Below the pieces are notes generated by a model. The model saw only the letters and a list, made by a program, of their open reading frames with translations. It had not been told where the DNA came from and did not search any database. A stretch of DNA of 61,668 bases, counting the filler. It is 5 parts of 5 records of this genome, joined end to end, with 100 filler letters (N's around TTAATTAATTAA, not from the genome) between each part and the next. Parts side by side here need not be neighbours in the genome. Positions count along the whole stretch, not along the records: positions 9,116 to 14,708 come from DRR723986_9807; positions 14,809 to 28,566 come from DRR723986_9808; 3 more parts are not named here. One strand, 5' to 3'. Positions 9,116 to 20,072 of this stretch are shown in pieces (positions within the stretch are counted from its first letter, which is position 1; each line of letters begins with the position of its first letter). Made by a program: the position numbers and the translations under genes.

Positions 9116-10651
9116 TCCGTCCGTCAAGGTGCCGGTTTTGTCAAAGGCAACCACATCCACCCCGCTCAGCGATTGCAGGGCGTCCCCTTGCCGGAACAGC
9201 ACACCCAATTGCGCAGCCCGCCCTGTGCCGACCATGATCGAGGTTGGCGTGGCGAGCCCCATCGCGCAAGGGCAGGCGATGATCAGTACCGAAACACCCG
9301 CGACCAAAGCATGTGAGACCACTGGCGCAGGCCCGAACAGGAGCCATATCACCACCGTCAGCACGGCAATCACAAGAACAGCGGGCACAAACCACAGGGT
9401 CACCCGATCTACCAAAGCCTGAATGGGCAGGCGTGCGTTCTGGGCTTGCTGCACCATCTTAATGATCTGGGACAAGGTCGTATCCTGTCCGGTGCGGGTC
9501 ACCACACAAGTCAGGCTGCCGTTGCCGTTGATTGTGCCACCGGTGAGCGCATCGCCGGGAGATTTGACCACTGGCATCGGCTCGCCGGTGATCATGCTTT
9601 CGTCAACGTTGCCGGAACCTGATTTCACACTGGCATCAATAGCAATCCGTTCGCCCGGGCGCGTGCGAAAGATGTCACCGGGACGCAGGTCTTCGATCGA
9701 GGTTTCGATCCAGTCCGCGCCTGATTTGACCATGGCGGTGCGCGGTTGCAGGCCAATCAGCTTTTGGATCGCAGTGCCGGTCTGGCCTTTGGCGCGGGCT
9801 TCAAACCAGCGGCCCAGCAGGATCAATGCCACAATCACTGCCGCCGCTTCGAAATACACAACGCGGCTGTCTTGTGGCAGCAAGGCTGGCACAAACAACG
9901 CCACGGTCGAATAGCTCCACGCCGCCCCGGCACCGAGGGCTACCAAACTGTCCATATTGGGCGCACGGCGCAGCAATGCCCGGCCGCCCTGCACAAAGAA
10001 CGCCCGGCCCGGTCCGATCAGGACAAGGGTCGTAAGGATAAACTGGATGATCCAACTGGTCTGATGCCCAATGGTGCTCCCAATGAGGTGATGCAGCGCA
10101 GGCACCATGTGACCGCCCATTTCCAGAATGAAAACCGGCAACGCGAGACCCATCGCGAGGATCATTGCGCGTTTGTGGGTTTCGGCCTCTTCGGCCTTGG
10201 TTGCGGCGCGGTCTGGCATCTGCCCTTGCTCAAGAACCGTTCCGGGATAGCCCGCATCAGCAGAGGCGGTCATCAATTCAGCAGGCGATGTGATCCCTGC
10301 CACATAGCGCAGGTGCGCGGTTTCATCTGCGAGGTTGACCTGAACCTCTACAACGCCCGGAACTGCCTGCAACGCCTTATCCAGACGTCCAACGCAGGAT
10401 GCACAGGACATGCCAGTGATCGCCAATGTCAGGGTCTGCGTGGCCGCTGGATATCCGGCCTGATCCAAGGCGGTGATGGCTTTTGTCTTGGCCTGGTCGT
10501 CATCGGCAGAAAAATGCGCCGTTTCATCGGCAAGATTTACAGTGACACCTTCTATCCCCTCAACAGCTTCCAGCGCCCGCGCCGCGCGGCCCACACAGCC
10601 GCCGCAAGACATATTCATCACCGGAATTGAGATGTTTGGTGTTTGCGACAT
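9116..10651 (-). CDS. copA: Copper-translocating P1B-type ATPase, 3'-truncated by contig end
   Basis: Two HMA domains (MSCGGC, MSCASC), YFEAA, TGEP, IIACPCAMGLATP and phosphorylation motif DKTGT. Confidence 0.95.
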
Positions 10652-10684
10652 GGCCCTGCTCCTTGGCTGACAGCCCTCACATAA

Positions 10685-10708
10685 GGGTTCCAGTCACTAG
10701 AAGGTCAA
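10685..10708 (-). promoter_or_regulatory. CueR/MerR-type operator-promoter for copA
   Basis: Minus strand TTGACCTTCTAGTGACTGGAACCC: a TTGACC -35 overlapping an ACCTTC-N-GGAA dyad that matches the CueR box pattern. Confidence 0.8.
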
Positions 10709-10727
10709 GGGGCAACTGCCGCCGTTT

Positions 10728-11753
10728 TCAGGTTTTCATCAAGGCGCTGTAGTGATCCATCCCGCGCTGTAGCTGCGCCTGATAGGTCACGGCATCAATA
10801 TTGGCACCGCAAACCACCACGCCAACCCGCTTTCCCTGCAATCTCTTTCGCAAGGGCCCAAGCAACCCTGCCATCGCCGCCCCGGCTGCGGGTTCCACCG
10901 CAAGTTTCGCCTCTTGTTGCAGTGCGACCATACCTGCGCAGATCTGATCATCGGTGACACGCACCATATCATCCACGTAAGCCGCGCAAAGAGCATGCCC
11001 CAAGGGCAACGCCATGGGCGGTCCAAGGCTATCGGCGATGGTTTCGACCTTGTCCAGTGTCACGGGCTGACCCGCAGCCAAGGACCGCGACATGCTGTCA
11101 GCGCCGGTGGGTTCCACGCCAAAGACCATGCAGCCCGGCTTGTGCAATTTGACCGCCGCCGCGATGCCACTGATCAGCCCGCCGCCGCCCACGGAGACAA
11201 CCATCGCATCCAGATCGGGCATATCCGATATGAACTCATAACCAACCCCCGCTGTGCCGAGGGCCGTATTCACCCCTTCGAACGGGTGAATAAAGGTCCG
11301 GCCCTCTTCGGTTGACAGGCGCTCTGCCTCGGCAAAGGTGGGCGCACCGGGGGCCCGCAAGATCACCTCGGCGCCTTCGGCCTCCGCGCGGGCAATGCGG
11401 AATGGGTTGGCGTTGTCTTGCATCACCACCTTGGCAGAAAGGCCGGTCACACGTGCCGCCCATGCCGCAGCGATGGCATGGTTGCCCGCGCTTGCCGCTG
11501 TGATCCCCGCTTTCTTGTCCGCCTCGGGGATCGACATGGCATTGGATAGCGCCCCGCGCGCCTTAAAAGTTCCAGTGTGCTGAAAACACTCCAGCTTCAG
11601 CGCGACATGACCATCGCCCATAACTTGCCTGATCACATGCGAGGACAACGTGATGGATGGCGTATGGGCAATATGCGCCCGCAATTGTTCTGTTCGTTGG
11701 CGGATGAGATCTGCCGTGATCGCGCTGATGTCCACTGTGTTGCCTGCTCCCAT
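10728..11753 (-). CDS. PLP-dependent threonine/serine dehydratase
   Basis: KLECFQHTGTFKARGA (PLP lysine), SAGNHA, VGGGGLISG. Start placed at ATG 11753 after an AAGGA RBS. Confidence 0.92.
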   Translation of the reverse strand: MGAGNTVDISAITADLIRQRTEQLRAHIAHTPSITLSSHVIRQVMGDGHVALKLECFQHTGTFKARGALSNAMSIPEADKKAGITAASAGNHAIAAAWAARVTGLSAKVVMQDNANPFRIARAEAEGAEVILRAPGAPTFAEAERLSTEEGRTFIHPFEGVNTALGTAGVGYEFISDMPDLDAMVVSVGGGGLISGIAAAVKLHKPGCMVFGVEPTGADSMSRSLAAGQPVTLDKVETIADSLGPPMALPLGHALCAAYVDDMVRVTDDQICAGMVALQQEAKLAVEPAAGAAMAGLLGPLRKRLQGKRVGVVVCGANIDAVTYQAQLQRGMDHYSALMKT

Positions 11754-11954
11754 GTTGTGTCCTTTATGGTTTTGCACCCAAACCGGGCCATGATTGATCT
11801 CATCCGCAAACAGGGCGCGGCCAAAAAAACCGGCAAACCTCTGCTTGTCTTTGCTAATGTCGCTTGAAACTTGGTAAACTGCTAGCCTAACAGGCAATTG
11901 AATTATCCGGTTGCCTTGCAACCTGGGCAAGACGACGGGCAAAAAGGACAACCG

Positions 11955-13409
11955 ATGGCAGCGAACAACATCACCCCTGTTATTCTGTGTGGGGGATCAG
12001 GCACCCGACTTTGGCCCGTTTCACGCAAGAGCTTTCCCAAACAGTTTATCAATCTGATAGGGGACGGAAGCCTGTTTCAACAATCCAGTACCCGCCTGTC
12101 AGGGGCGGGATTTGCTGCGCCGTTGATTGTCACCAATTCTGATTTCCGGTTTATCGTAACCCAACAGCTGGGCGATGCGGGAATTGACCCCGGTGCGGTT
12201 CTGATCGAACCCGAGGCCCGCAACACGGCCCCGGCCCTGCTGGCCGCAGCGCTGGTTCTGGCGCAGGACGATCCGCAAGGCCTGATGCTGGCTGCGCCGT
12301 CAGATCATTACATCACGCAGGCCGACGCATTTCGCAGCAGTATCAAGCGCGGTTTGGACGCCGCAAAGGCCGGTCAGATTGTGACCTTTGGCATTACACC
12401 GGACCGCCCTGAAACCGGCTATGGTTATCTTGAGCTGGGCGATGGCGGGCAAAACGGGGCTGTTCCGCTGAGACAATTTGTGGAAAAGCCTGAGCTGGCC
12501 GAGGCAAAGCGCATGTTGGCCGAGGGTAGCTATCTGTGGAACGCGGGTATCTTTATGTACACTGCGCAGACGTTGATTGATGCCTTTGCCGCCCATGCCC
12601 CCGAAATGTTGGCCGATGTGTCTGCCTCCGTGGATGCGGCCAAACCCGACCTCGGCTTCCTGCGCCTTGACCCTGATGCATGGGCCAAATGCGAGGATAT
12701 TTCCGTTGATTTTGCGATCATGGAAAAGGTCACCAATCTTTCCGTAGTGGCGCATGAGGGCGATTGGTCAGATCTGGGCGGCTGGGGCGCGGTGCATCAG
12801 CATGCTCAGTCCGACAAAAGCGGAGTTGCAACACAGGGTGCCGCGCTGGCTGTGGATTGTGCCAACACACTACTTCGGTCCGAAAATGATGCGCAGCAAC
12901 TGGTTGGCCTCGGCCTAGAAAACATCGTTGCCGTTGCGATGCCCGATGCCGTTCTGGTGGCCGATCAGAGCCGCGTCGCCGATCTGGGCACTGTGGTTAA
13001 ACAAATGCGCAGCGCCAGCATCCCGCAGGCCGATACCTTCCCCAAGGATCACCGGCCATGGGGCTTTTTTGAATCGCTGATTGTTGGAGAGGGGTTTCAG
13101 GTCAAACGGATTGTCGTCACCCCCGGCGCAGCACTCAGCCTACAAAGTCACAAACACCGGTCTGAACACTGGATTGTCGTTGTCGGCACCGCCAAGGTGA
13201 CGGTCGGCCCTGACATGGACAATCTGGACGTCAAAATGATCAACGCCAATGAATCGGTCTATATACCGCTGGGTGCGATCCACCGCATGGAGAACCCCGG
13301 CGACGTTCCGATGGAATTGATCGAAGTGCAGACAGGCGACTATCTGGGCGAGGATGATATTGTCCGCTATGAGGACGTCTATGCCCGTGGTCAGGGTGCA
13401 AAAGGTTAA
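11955..13409 (+). CDS. manC: Mannose-1-phosphate guanylyltransferase / mannose-6-phosphate isomerase
   Basis: PVILCGGSGTRLWPVSR..FPKQF, FVEKP, WNAGIF, WSDLGGW, and cupin C-terminus RPWG...SLQSH.HRSEHW. Confidence 0.96.
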   Translation: MAANNITPVILCGGSGTRLWPVSRKSFPKQFINLIGDGSLFQQSSTRLSGAGFAAPLIVTNSDFRFIVTQQLGDAGIDPGAVLIEPEARNTAPALLAAALVLAQDDPQGLMLAAPSDHYITQADAFRSSIKRGLDAAKAGQIVTFGITPDRPETGYGYLELGDGGQNGAVPLRQFVEKPELAEAKRMLAEGSYLWNAGIFMYTAQTLIDAFAAHAPEMLADVSASVDAAKPDLGFLRLDPDAWAKCEDISVDFAIMEKVTNLSVVAHEGDWSDLGGWGAVHQHAQSDKSGVATQGAALAVDCANTLLRSENDAQQLVGLGLENIVAVAMPDAVLVADQSRVADLGTVVKQMRSASIPQADTFPKDHRPWGFFESLIVGEGFQVKRIVVTPGAALSLQSHKHRSEHWIVVVGTAKVTVGPDMDNLDVKMINANESVYIPLGAIHRMENPGDVPMELIEVQTGDYLGEDDIVRYEDVYARGQGAKG

Positions 13410-13490
13410 CAAAACCTCAGAAATCTGAGTGGCATTAACCATGTATTAGCCATTTTGACAGAGCGTTTGTCCCGAAAGGGAGGGACGTTC

Positions 13491-14249
13491 ATGGCCCGTG
13501 TCGATTTGGTTAACGCCTATCTCAAAGAGGGTATTCTAGAGGTTGGCGGCTGGTGCGTTCCACAATTGTGGCAAACACTATGGCCACTTTATCAAGAGAT
13601 TGGCGATGGACCCGTCGCCGAGATTGGCGTGTTTGAGGGCAAGTTTCTCATCGGGCTATGCAAGACCTTTGGCACTTCGAAAAAGAACATGGCCACCGCG
13701 ATTGATGTCTTTGATATGCAGGAGTTCAATCTTGACGGCGCGGGGGTCGGCAACCTTGAGAAACTCCAACACAACCTGCGCCGCCAAGGGATTCAAAAGA
13801 ACCATGTGCATTACGTCACGGCCGATTCTCTGGCCCTGAGAGCACCGGATCTCGCCGAATTTCTAGGGCGCACCGGCCCTGCACATTTCTTTAGCGTCGA
13901 TGGCTGTCATGAGGTTGTCCATACCGTCAACGACATTGAATTTGCGATGTATGTGACCGCGCCCAATGGCATCATCGCGGTGGACGATTACACCAATGCA
14001 AACTGGCCCGGCGTGCAGGAGGCCGTCGCGCGGATGTATCTGATGGGGAACTACAGCTTTGTGCCGCTTGTGGTCACGGCCAACAAGCTGTTGCTGTGTT
14101 CCTATTCCTTTCATGACCGCTATCTCAAGGCGGTGCACAGCTATATCAAAACCAACCACCCCAACACCCAAATGAAGAAGGTCAAACGCTTTGGATTTGA
14201 TACACTGACGGTGATGCCCAACCATGCAGTTTGGGAAGATCTGGTCTAA
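13491..14249 (+). CDS. Class I SAM-dependent methyltransferase (Methyltransf_24-like)
   Basis: AEIGVFEGK, AIDVFD, SVDGCH, GIIAVDDY...WPGV. Confidence 0.85.
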   Translation: MARVDLVNAYLKEGILEVGGWCVPQLWQTLWPLYQEIGDGPVAEIGVFEGKFLIGLCKTFGTSKKNMATAIDVFDMQEFNLDGAGVGNLEKLQHNLRRQGIQKNHVHYVTADSLALRAPDLAEFLGRTGPAHFFSVDGCHEVVHTVNDIEFAMYVTAPNGIIAVDDYTNANWPGVQEAVARMYLMGNYSFVPLVVTANKLLLCSYSFHDRYLKAVHSYIKTNHPNTQMKKVKRFGFDTLTVMPNHAVWEDLV

Positions 14250-14251
14250 CC

Positions 14252-14708
14252 TTAATCCGTCAGATCCTTGAGATAGGCACCATATTCGTTTTTCTCAAAC
14301 ATCTCGGCGCGTTTGGCCAGTTCATCGTCGGTGATCCAGCCTTGTTCATGCGCGATCTCTTCGAGACTGCCGGTCTGAAGCCCCTGCCGCTGGGTCAGGG
14401 TCCGCACAAAGTTTCCGGCATCAAGCAGGCTGGCGTGCGTGCCTGTATCAAGCCAGGCATAGCCGCGCCCCATCCGGTTGACCCGCAGCGCGCCTTTCTT
14501 GAGGTACATTTCCAGCAAGGTGGTGATCTCGAGTTCGCCACGCGAAGAGGGTGTGACCTCTCGCGCCAATCGCGGTGCATCGGCATCCAAGAAATAAAGG
14601 CCGGTCACAGCATAGTTTGAAGGTGGCACATCCGGCTTTTCAATGATCTGGCGGGCGGTGCCATCGGCATCAAACCCAACCACGCCATAACGTTCCGGGT
14701 CCGCCACG
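14252..14708 (-). CDS. rfbA: Glucose-1-phosphate thymidylyltransferase, C-terminal part
   Basis: DPERYGVV, IEKP..P.SNYAVTGLYF, RGELEIT, GRGYAWLDTGT. The 5' part is cut by the contig end. Confidence 0.96.
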
Positions 14709-14808
14709 NNNNNNNNNNNNNNNNNNNNNNNNNNNNNNNNNNNNNNNNNNNNTTAATTAATTAANNNNNNNNNNNNNNNNNNNNNNNNNNNNNNNNNNNN
14801 NNNNNNNN
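14709..14808. other. Artificial contig linker
   Basis: N44-TTAATTAATTAA-N44. Confidence 0.98.
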
Positions 14809-15278
14809 CGTCTCGGTCTCGAACCGCCCCATCTGCGAGGCCGATGCCGCCTGCGCATCGACTGCCCGGCCACCCACGACCTGACGCATGACCGGGTCAA
14901 TGGCCAGTCGATCAGCATCGTTGACGTCCTCGTATCCGGCCAGTCGCCCGAAGACTGATTGCCGGAAAAGGCCGTCGAGCCGATGGACCGTGTTCTTGCC
15001 GCGTCGGGTGTCGCGTAGTGCCGCAGACGCCAGATCCGACAGACCGAGCGCGTCATCAAGCTCGCGAATCAACAGCAGGCCGCCGTCGGAACTGAGCTGC
15101 GTGCCGCGAAACTCCAGCCGTACGCGGCGGTCGAAATCGACACGATCACCACGCTCCGAGCTCGCACCCTCCGGGTGATCCATGAACCACGCTCCTTCGC
15201 AGGCAACAACACCATGATTTATATATAAAAAATCAAAATCATGACAGCGAAATCAGCGCCTTACTTGGGGAATGTGGG
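14809..15278 (-). mobile_element. IS1380 family element, left end with transposase N-terminus (CDS starts 15183), cut by contig end
   Basis: F.G..LSSDGGLLLIRELDD.LGL and GYEDVNDADRL..DP motifs. The putative left terminus CCCACATTCCCC begins at 15278 on the minus strand. Confidence 0.9.
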
Positions 15279-15467
15279 TCAAGGTAAGAGTCGGACAACT
15301 TATAGATGTTTCCGCTCCCCAGAAAAAATTATTAATTGTTCTCCGATCTATTCATTTTTTGAATACGCAACCCGCGCGCTCCCCAGGAATTCTGCCGAGT
15401 TTCCGCTTGGATCGAGGAATGCACACCTGGAATCAGTGCCCTGATTGTGGATAAGGTCGGTTCTCTT

Positions 15468-15755
15468 CGATCACTTTGAGGATGCAGCACTGAGCGGGGT
15501 GGTGGGGGGAGCTCGACCACGAGACGCGGCTGAAAATTCGTTGCGTCGCGCTCAGTACAGGTAGCGATCTGCTGCTGATGAAAGAACTGGATGACGCACT
15601 CGGCCGTCTGGTCTGGGTTGGGTGTGCTGTGCGAGTGCCGTATGGGCAGAAGGGCCTTGCAGCGGCTCGATGAGCTGTTACTGCAGGCGGTCTGCGAAGG
15701 CGTCAAAGATGCTGACCTCATCGCCTCATATCCGTCTTGATCAGGCGTGGGTGGA
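15468..15755 (+). pseudogene. Eroded IS1380 transposase remnant, inverted relative to the neighbouring copy
   Basis: Frameshifted translations ELDHETRLKIRCVALSTGSDLLLMKELDDALG, LCECRMGRRALQRLDELLLQAV and EGVKDADLIA align with the adjacent IS1380 transposase N-terminus. Confidence 0.75.
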
Positions 15756-15780
15756 GGATCTCAAGAGGGAGTCAAACCCC

Positions 15781-16365
15781 TCACGTCACCGATAATTCCG
15801 AAGCCGCGACATCGGCTCTGACCTGGCGTCCCATCATTTCGAGCAGAAGCAAATAGCGCTGGTTGGGCAGGCTGCCCGCTACCCGGCCCAGCCAGTTTGA
15901 AAAGGCTCCTGAGAGTATGCGTACTTCGGTGCCGGGGGCGAGGTCCTTGGGCGGCCGCAAAATACCCTGCTCGTCTGTGCGCCGCATTAGGGACGACATT
16001 ACCTCCCGGGGCATGCTGGCTGGTTGCCCCTCCGTGCTCGTGAGCAGCCTCGAGACGCCGCGCGTGCCGTTGATCCGGCGCCAATTTCCAGGATCCTGGC
16101 TCACGGATACAAAGAGGTAGCCGGGAAAGAGGGGACGAATAAGGGGAGGGCTGGGCTTGCGTTTGCTGGATGAGGGCCGGAGTTCCATCGGGCAAAAGAC
16201 TGGAAAGTCCTGGCGGGCCAGATTTATACGCGCCGTCCTGAGACCACCCGGCTTCAACTGGACGACGTGCCACTCCCGAGACAGCTGTTCCATAATGAGG
16301 GGGGCGCTGTCTTTCTTGGCGTTTCCGGGAGGTGAACCTGTGGGCATGGGGGTGCAGATCCTCAC
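15781..16365 (-). CDS. NusG-family antiterminator paralog (RfaH/UpxY-like)
   Basis: NGN domain WHVVQLKPG...PLFPGYLFV...INGTRGVSRL and KOW-like GTEVRILSGAF. The start is uncertain. Confidence 0.88.
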   Translation of the reverse strand: MRICTPMPTGSPPGNAKKDSAPLIMEQLSREWHVVQLKPGGLRTARINLARQDFPVFCPMELRPSSSKRKPSPPLIRPLFPGYLFVSVSQDPGNWRRINGTRGVSRLLTSTEGQPASMPREVMSSLMRRTDEQGILRPPKDLAPGTEVRILSGAFSNWLGRVAGSLPNQRYLLLLEMMGRQVRADVAASELSVT

Positions 16366-17060
16366 TTTCCGAGAGCCGTAAAGACGGTCTTAAGCGTCTG
16401 AAAGAAGATGTACGTGTCCATCCTGAGGCAGGCGCTTTGAACATACACGGCGTCAAGGCGGGCCTTCTCAATGGTTGATTCAATCCCCTCTGCATATCCG
16501 TGTTCAACCTGTGCCAGGCCGCTTATGCCTGGCCTGACAGAAAATCGCTCCTGATAATCGGGAATTTTGCGGCAGTAGACTTTGGCGTGATGGAAGACAT
16601 CGGGTCGCGGACCGATCAGGCTCATGTCTCCCCTCAAAACGTTCAGGATCTGAGGCAGCTCGTCGATGCGGGCCCTGCGAAGAAAGCGGCCCAGTGGCGT
16701 GATCCGATCCCGCTCTAGGGGATCGTCTGCAGAGCGAATACATTCCGTGGCCAGCATCGTGCGAAACTTGATCACGGTGATGGCGCGCCTGGAGCGGCCC
16801 ATGCGGACTTGAAAGAAGAAAAGCGGCCCCGGATTGCGCCACGGGTTTGCGACGACGAGAATGCAGCCAACTATTCCCAGGGGAAGCAGGAGCGCCGTTG
16901 ACAGTACAATGTCGATGATCCGCTTGCCAATCCAGAAGGCGGGTGTCGTCGTCGCCCCCCTGCGCTTTAGGGGAACCTGTGACCCCGACAATGTCAGGGG
17001 GGGCCGGTCCCTTTTCGGAAGTGCCTCAAGGTCGCCATATGGCTGATTTGCCGAATCCAT
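16362..17060 (-). CDS. Priming sugar transferase (undecaprenyl-phosphate glycophosphotransferase)
   Basis: KRIIDI, KFRTM, RITPLGRFLRRARIDELPQILNVLRGDMSLIGPRP, RPGISGLAQV. Confidence 0.95.
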   Translation of the reverse strand: MDSANQPYGDLEALPKRDRPPLTLSGSQVPLKRRGATTTPAFWIGKRIIDIVLSTALLLPLGIVGCILVVANPWRNPGPLFFFQVRMGRSRRAITVIKFRTMLATECIRSADDPLERDRITPLGRFLRRARIDELPQILNVLRGDMSLIGPRPDVFHHAKVYCRKIPDYQERFSVRPGISGLAQVEHGYAEGIESTIEKARLDAVYVQSACLRMDTYIFFQTLKTVFTALGK

Positions 17061-17389
17061 CCCGCTCACAGAAAAAACCTCTACCAAATAATCAGGTCAA
17101 AAAAAATTACCAATTCAGCCGCTCGCTGCTTTATTGCACCGCCAACAAAATCAGAATCACGCTGACGAGGTGACTTTAGCATGGGCCTTCTCAACACGGC
17201 AATCGGACGAAGGACGTTTCAGCAATGTGGGGAGTTGCGTGAACATACTGCCGACCCCATGAGCATTATTGACTGCGGAAATGCAGCATGCGGGCAGAAA
17301 ATTCAACCCGTGATCCGACAGTGGTTGATCTCGCCTGCCTCGAAGTTTCATATCACTGTCAACAGATTCGATACTTGGGTGGAAAAATC

Positions 17390-18739
17390 ATGAAGCGCGC
17401 TCTGTTAGTCATTGTCGCCCTCACACTGACTGGATGTGGTGTGGCGTATCAATCCGCTGCAGTGCGCGATCGCGGGGACGCGAATGTGCGCGTCGTCCCC
17501 CTTACGCCTGAGACCGTTCTTGACGCCAATCGGTCGAGTTACGATCCGCAAAGACTCCCCGAGGCTTTCTCGCTCATAGCGGGGGCGGCGGGCCAGCCGA
17601 GGGGGATTGGAGCCCTTCCTGATCCCGTCCTTGACCCTCAGCAGCGTCCCGTCGGCTTCGATATGCGCCTGCCCGAGCCCTCCCAGCCGAGGCCTTATGT
17701 GATCGGCGTGGGAGATGTCATTTTGCTCAGCACACCGCAGGCTGAGAGCAGCGTGGAGGCCCTTAGCGGTCTGCTGGCTGCGCAGACCAGACGTCAGGGC
17801 TACACAGTGCAGGATGATGGAGCCATTTCCATTCCCGACATCGGGCGGATCGTTCTTGGAGGGCTCACCCTTGAAGAGGCCGAGGATGCCGTCTTCCGTC
17901 AGCTTGTTGAGGCGCGCATTGACCCGGCATTCAGCCTTGAGGTGGCGGAGTTCAACTCCCAGCGAGTATCCGTGGGCGGGGCCGTGGTGTCTCCGGGCAC
18001 GGTTCCCATTGCCCTTCAGCCGCTCTACCTGGATCAGGCCATTTCGCGCGTGGGAGGGATCGATGTTGAGGATGCCTCTTTCGCCATGATCCGACTCTAC
18101 AGAAATGGTTCGCTCTACCAGCTTCCTGTGGATGAGCTTTTCAGTCAAAATGGGTTGAGGCGGATCTTGCTTCGGGATGGGGACAGTATCTTTGTGGATA
18201 CAACCTACAACCTGGAGAGGGCGCAGGCCTATTTTGCCCAGCAGATTACTCTGCTTAACCTTCGTCAGAGTGCGAGGACACAGGCGCTTCAGGAACTCCA
18301 GCTGGAGATGAATGTCAGGCGCACGGCCTTGGAGGAGTCGCGCAGCAATTTCACGTCCAGGCTCGAGTATGGGGCCATTGATCGTGACTACGTGTATATC
18401 ATCGGGGAAGTCGGGGCTCAGTCTCGATTTGCGCTTCCCTTCGAGAACAGCGCCGTCCTCGCAGATGCCCTTCTTGAGAGCGGTGGCCTGACGTCCGCCA
18501 CAGGTAACCCGGGCCAGATCTATGTCCTAAGGGGCTCGCCCGATCCACGCGATTTTGCCTCCATCACGGCCCTGCATCTCGACGCCACCAATGCCACCAA
18601 CTTCCTGCTTGCCACGCGTCTCGAATTGAGGCCTGGTGACGTGATCTTCGTGGCTGCTCAACCCATAACCAGCTGGAACCGCGTGATCACGCAAATCATT
18701 CCCTCGGCAAGCCTGGCCAATGCTCTGAGCTCCAATTGA
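17390..18739 (+). CDS. wza: Polysaccharide export outer-membrane lipoprotein
   Basis: Lipobox LTGC, Poly_export YVIGVGDVI...VQDDG.ISIP.IG, SLBB repeats, C-terminal WNRVITQIIP. Confidence 0.9.
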   Translation: MKRALLVIVALTLTGCGVAYQSAAVRDRGDANVRVVPLTPETVLDANRSSYDPQRLPEAFSLIAGAAGQPRGIGALPDPVLDPQQRPVGFDMRLPEPSQPRPYVIGVGDVILLSTPQAESSVEALSGLLAAQTRRQGYTVQDDGAISIPDIGRIVLGGLTLEEAEDAVFRQLVEARIDPAFSLEVAEFNSQRVSVGGAVVSPGTVPIALQPLYLDQAISRVGGIDVEDASFAMIRLYRNGSLYQLPVDELFSQNGLRRILLRDGDSIFVDTTYNLERAQAYFAQQITLLNLRQSARTQALQELQLEMNVRRTALEESRSNFTSRLEYGAIDRDYVYIIGEVGAQSRFALPFENSAVLADALLESGGLTSATGNPGQIYVLRGSPDPRDFASITALHLDATNATNFLLATRLELRPGDVIFVAAQPITSWNRVITQIIPSASLANALSSN

Positions 18740-19217
18740 TGCAGCTCGTATGGCTTTTTGGTCGGGATACTCCTCGCGCGAGTGTATTCCCTGCCAACTG
18801 GAGATGATTGCGCGTGGGCATTCCGTCGGCGGCCCTAAGCCCTGATCTCGGGGCAGGGCTGTGAGCATACGAGATTTGATCGTTCGCTAAGAAGCACGAC
18901 CCTCTTACCGGGCTACCCGTCGCGAACAATGAGGCATGCGACGCGATCGACAGTCCTTTAAAATCGCGGAAGTGTTGTGGACTGTAGGCGGTGCGCTCGA
19001 CGGTGTTCTTATCGGTCATGCTGACTTTGGAGCTTCGAATTCGGCCCCTGTTTCCGTGTGTCTTGTTAATCAGGTTCTGCGGGGTTGGGGCGCCGGAGTG
19101 TGACGAAGCTGGTATGCCGACTATACAATGAGCGTAAGCGCGACGGTGATCCCCTCCTGCCATTTCTGACTTGATCCAGCCATTCTGTGCGCACGCACGT
19201 GACGGAGGGTATGGATC

Positions 19218-19652
19218 TTGGAAGTAGACGGCAAAATGGGCGTCCATTTGGACGGCTCGATGGGTGTTGAAGCTTCGTGGCTGGAAGTGATCGATGGGCC
19301 GAGTGGTCGGCGGCAGCGCACGAAAGCCGAGCGAGCGCGGATCGCGGTGGAGAGCATGATGCCCGGTGTGACGGTCGCTGATGTGGCGCGCAAGCACGGC
19401 ACGACGCGCTGGCAGATCTACGATTGGCGCAAGCAGATACGCAAAGGCAATCTCGTGGTGCCCGAGAGCGTGGCGGCCCTGCCTGTCTTCGCGGAACTGG
19501 TTGTTGATGACAGTTCGGCTGCGGCACCGGCGGCAGTCGCCCGGTCCGATCTTGAGATTGTCGTCGGCGATATCCTGATCCGGGCGGGTTCTGGTGCCGA
19601 TGAGGGGCAGTTGACGCGGGCGATCCGAGCGGCACGGGCTGCGGCATCATGA
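19218..19652 (+). CDS. tnpA: IS66 accessory protein TnpA (HTH)
   Basis: RRQRTKAERARIAVES..PG.TVADVARKHG...QIYDWR. Confidence 0.9.
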   Translation: MEVDGKMGVHLDGSMGVEASWLEVIDGPSGRRQRTKAERARIAVESMMPGVTVADVARKHGTTRWQIYDWRKQIRKGNLVVPESVAALPVFAELVVDDSSAAAPAAVARSDLEIVVGDILIRAGSGADEGQLTRAIRAARAAAS

Positions 19653-20005
19653 TGTTCGTCCATGATGGGCCGGTGAAGGTCTTTGTGGCGACGCGGCCTG
19701 TGGATTTCCGCAAGGGCATCGATGGCCTGGCACTGGCGGTGCAGGAGATGTTCGGGATGGACCCGTTCTGCGGGGCGGCCTTTGTGTTCCGGGCGAAACG
19801 GGCGGACAGGATCAAGCTCTTGATCTGGGATCAGACCGGCATGGTGCTGGTTCACAAACGGCTGGAAGGCGGCAAGTTCGTCTGGCCACAGGTGCGCGAT
19901 GGGGTCATGCGCATATCCAGCGCGCAGTTCGCGGCCCTTTTTGAGGGCGTGGATTGGCGGCTGGTGCGGCCAGAGCGGGTGCGGCGTCCGCTGGTGGCGG
20001 GGTGA
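19649..20005 (+). CDS. tnpB: IS66 accessory protein TnpB
   Basis: PVDFRKGIDGL...FVFRAKRADRIKLLIWD..G.VL..KRLE.GKF.WP. Confidence 0.95.
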   Translation: MMFVHDGPVKVFVATRPVDFRKGIDGLALAVQEMFGMDPFCGAAFVFRAKRADRIKLLIWDQTGMVLVHKRLEGGKFVWPQVRDGVMRISSAQFAALFEGVDWRLVRPERVRRPLVAG

Positions 20006-20072
20006 CGGAAAACTGTGCCGAAAGGCCTGTTTTTACTGGCCTGATAGGGCATCCTGTGATTCACTTTCGCCC

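Noticed and set aside
18740-19125. Possible further IS remnant left of IS66
   Set aside because: No transposase motif could be recognised with confidence.
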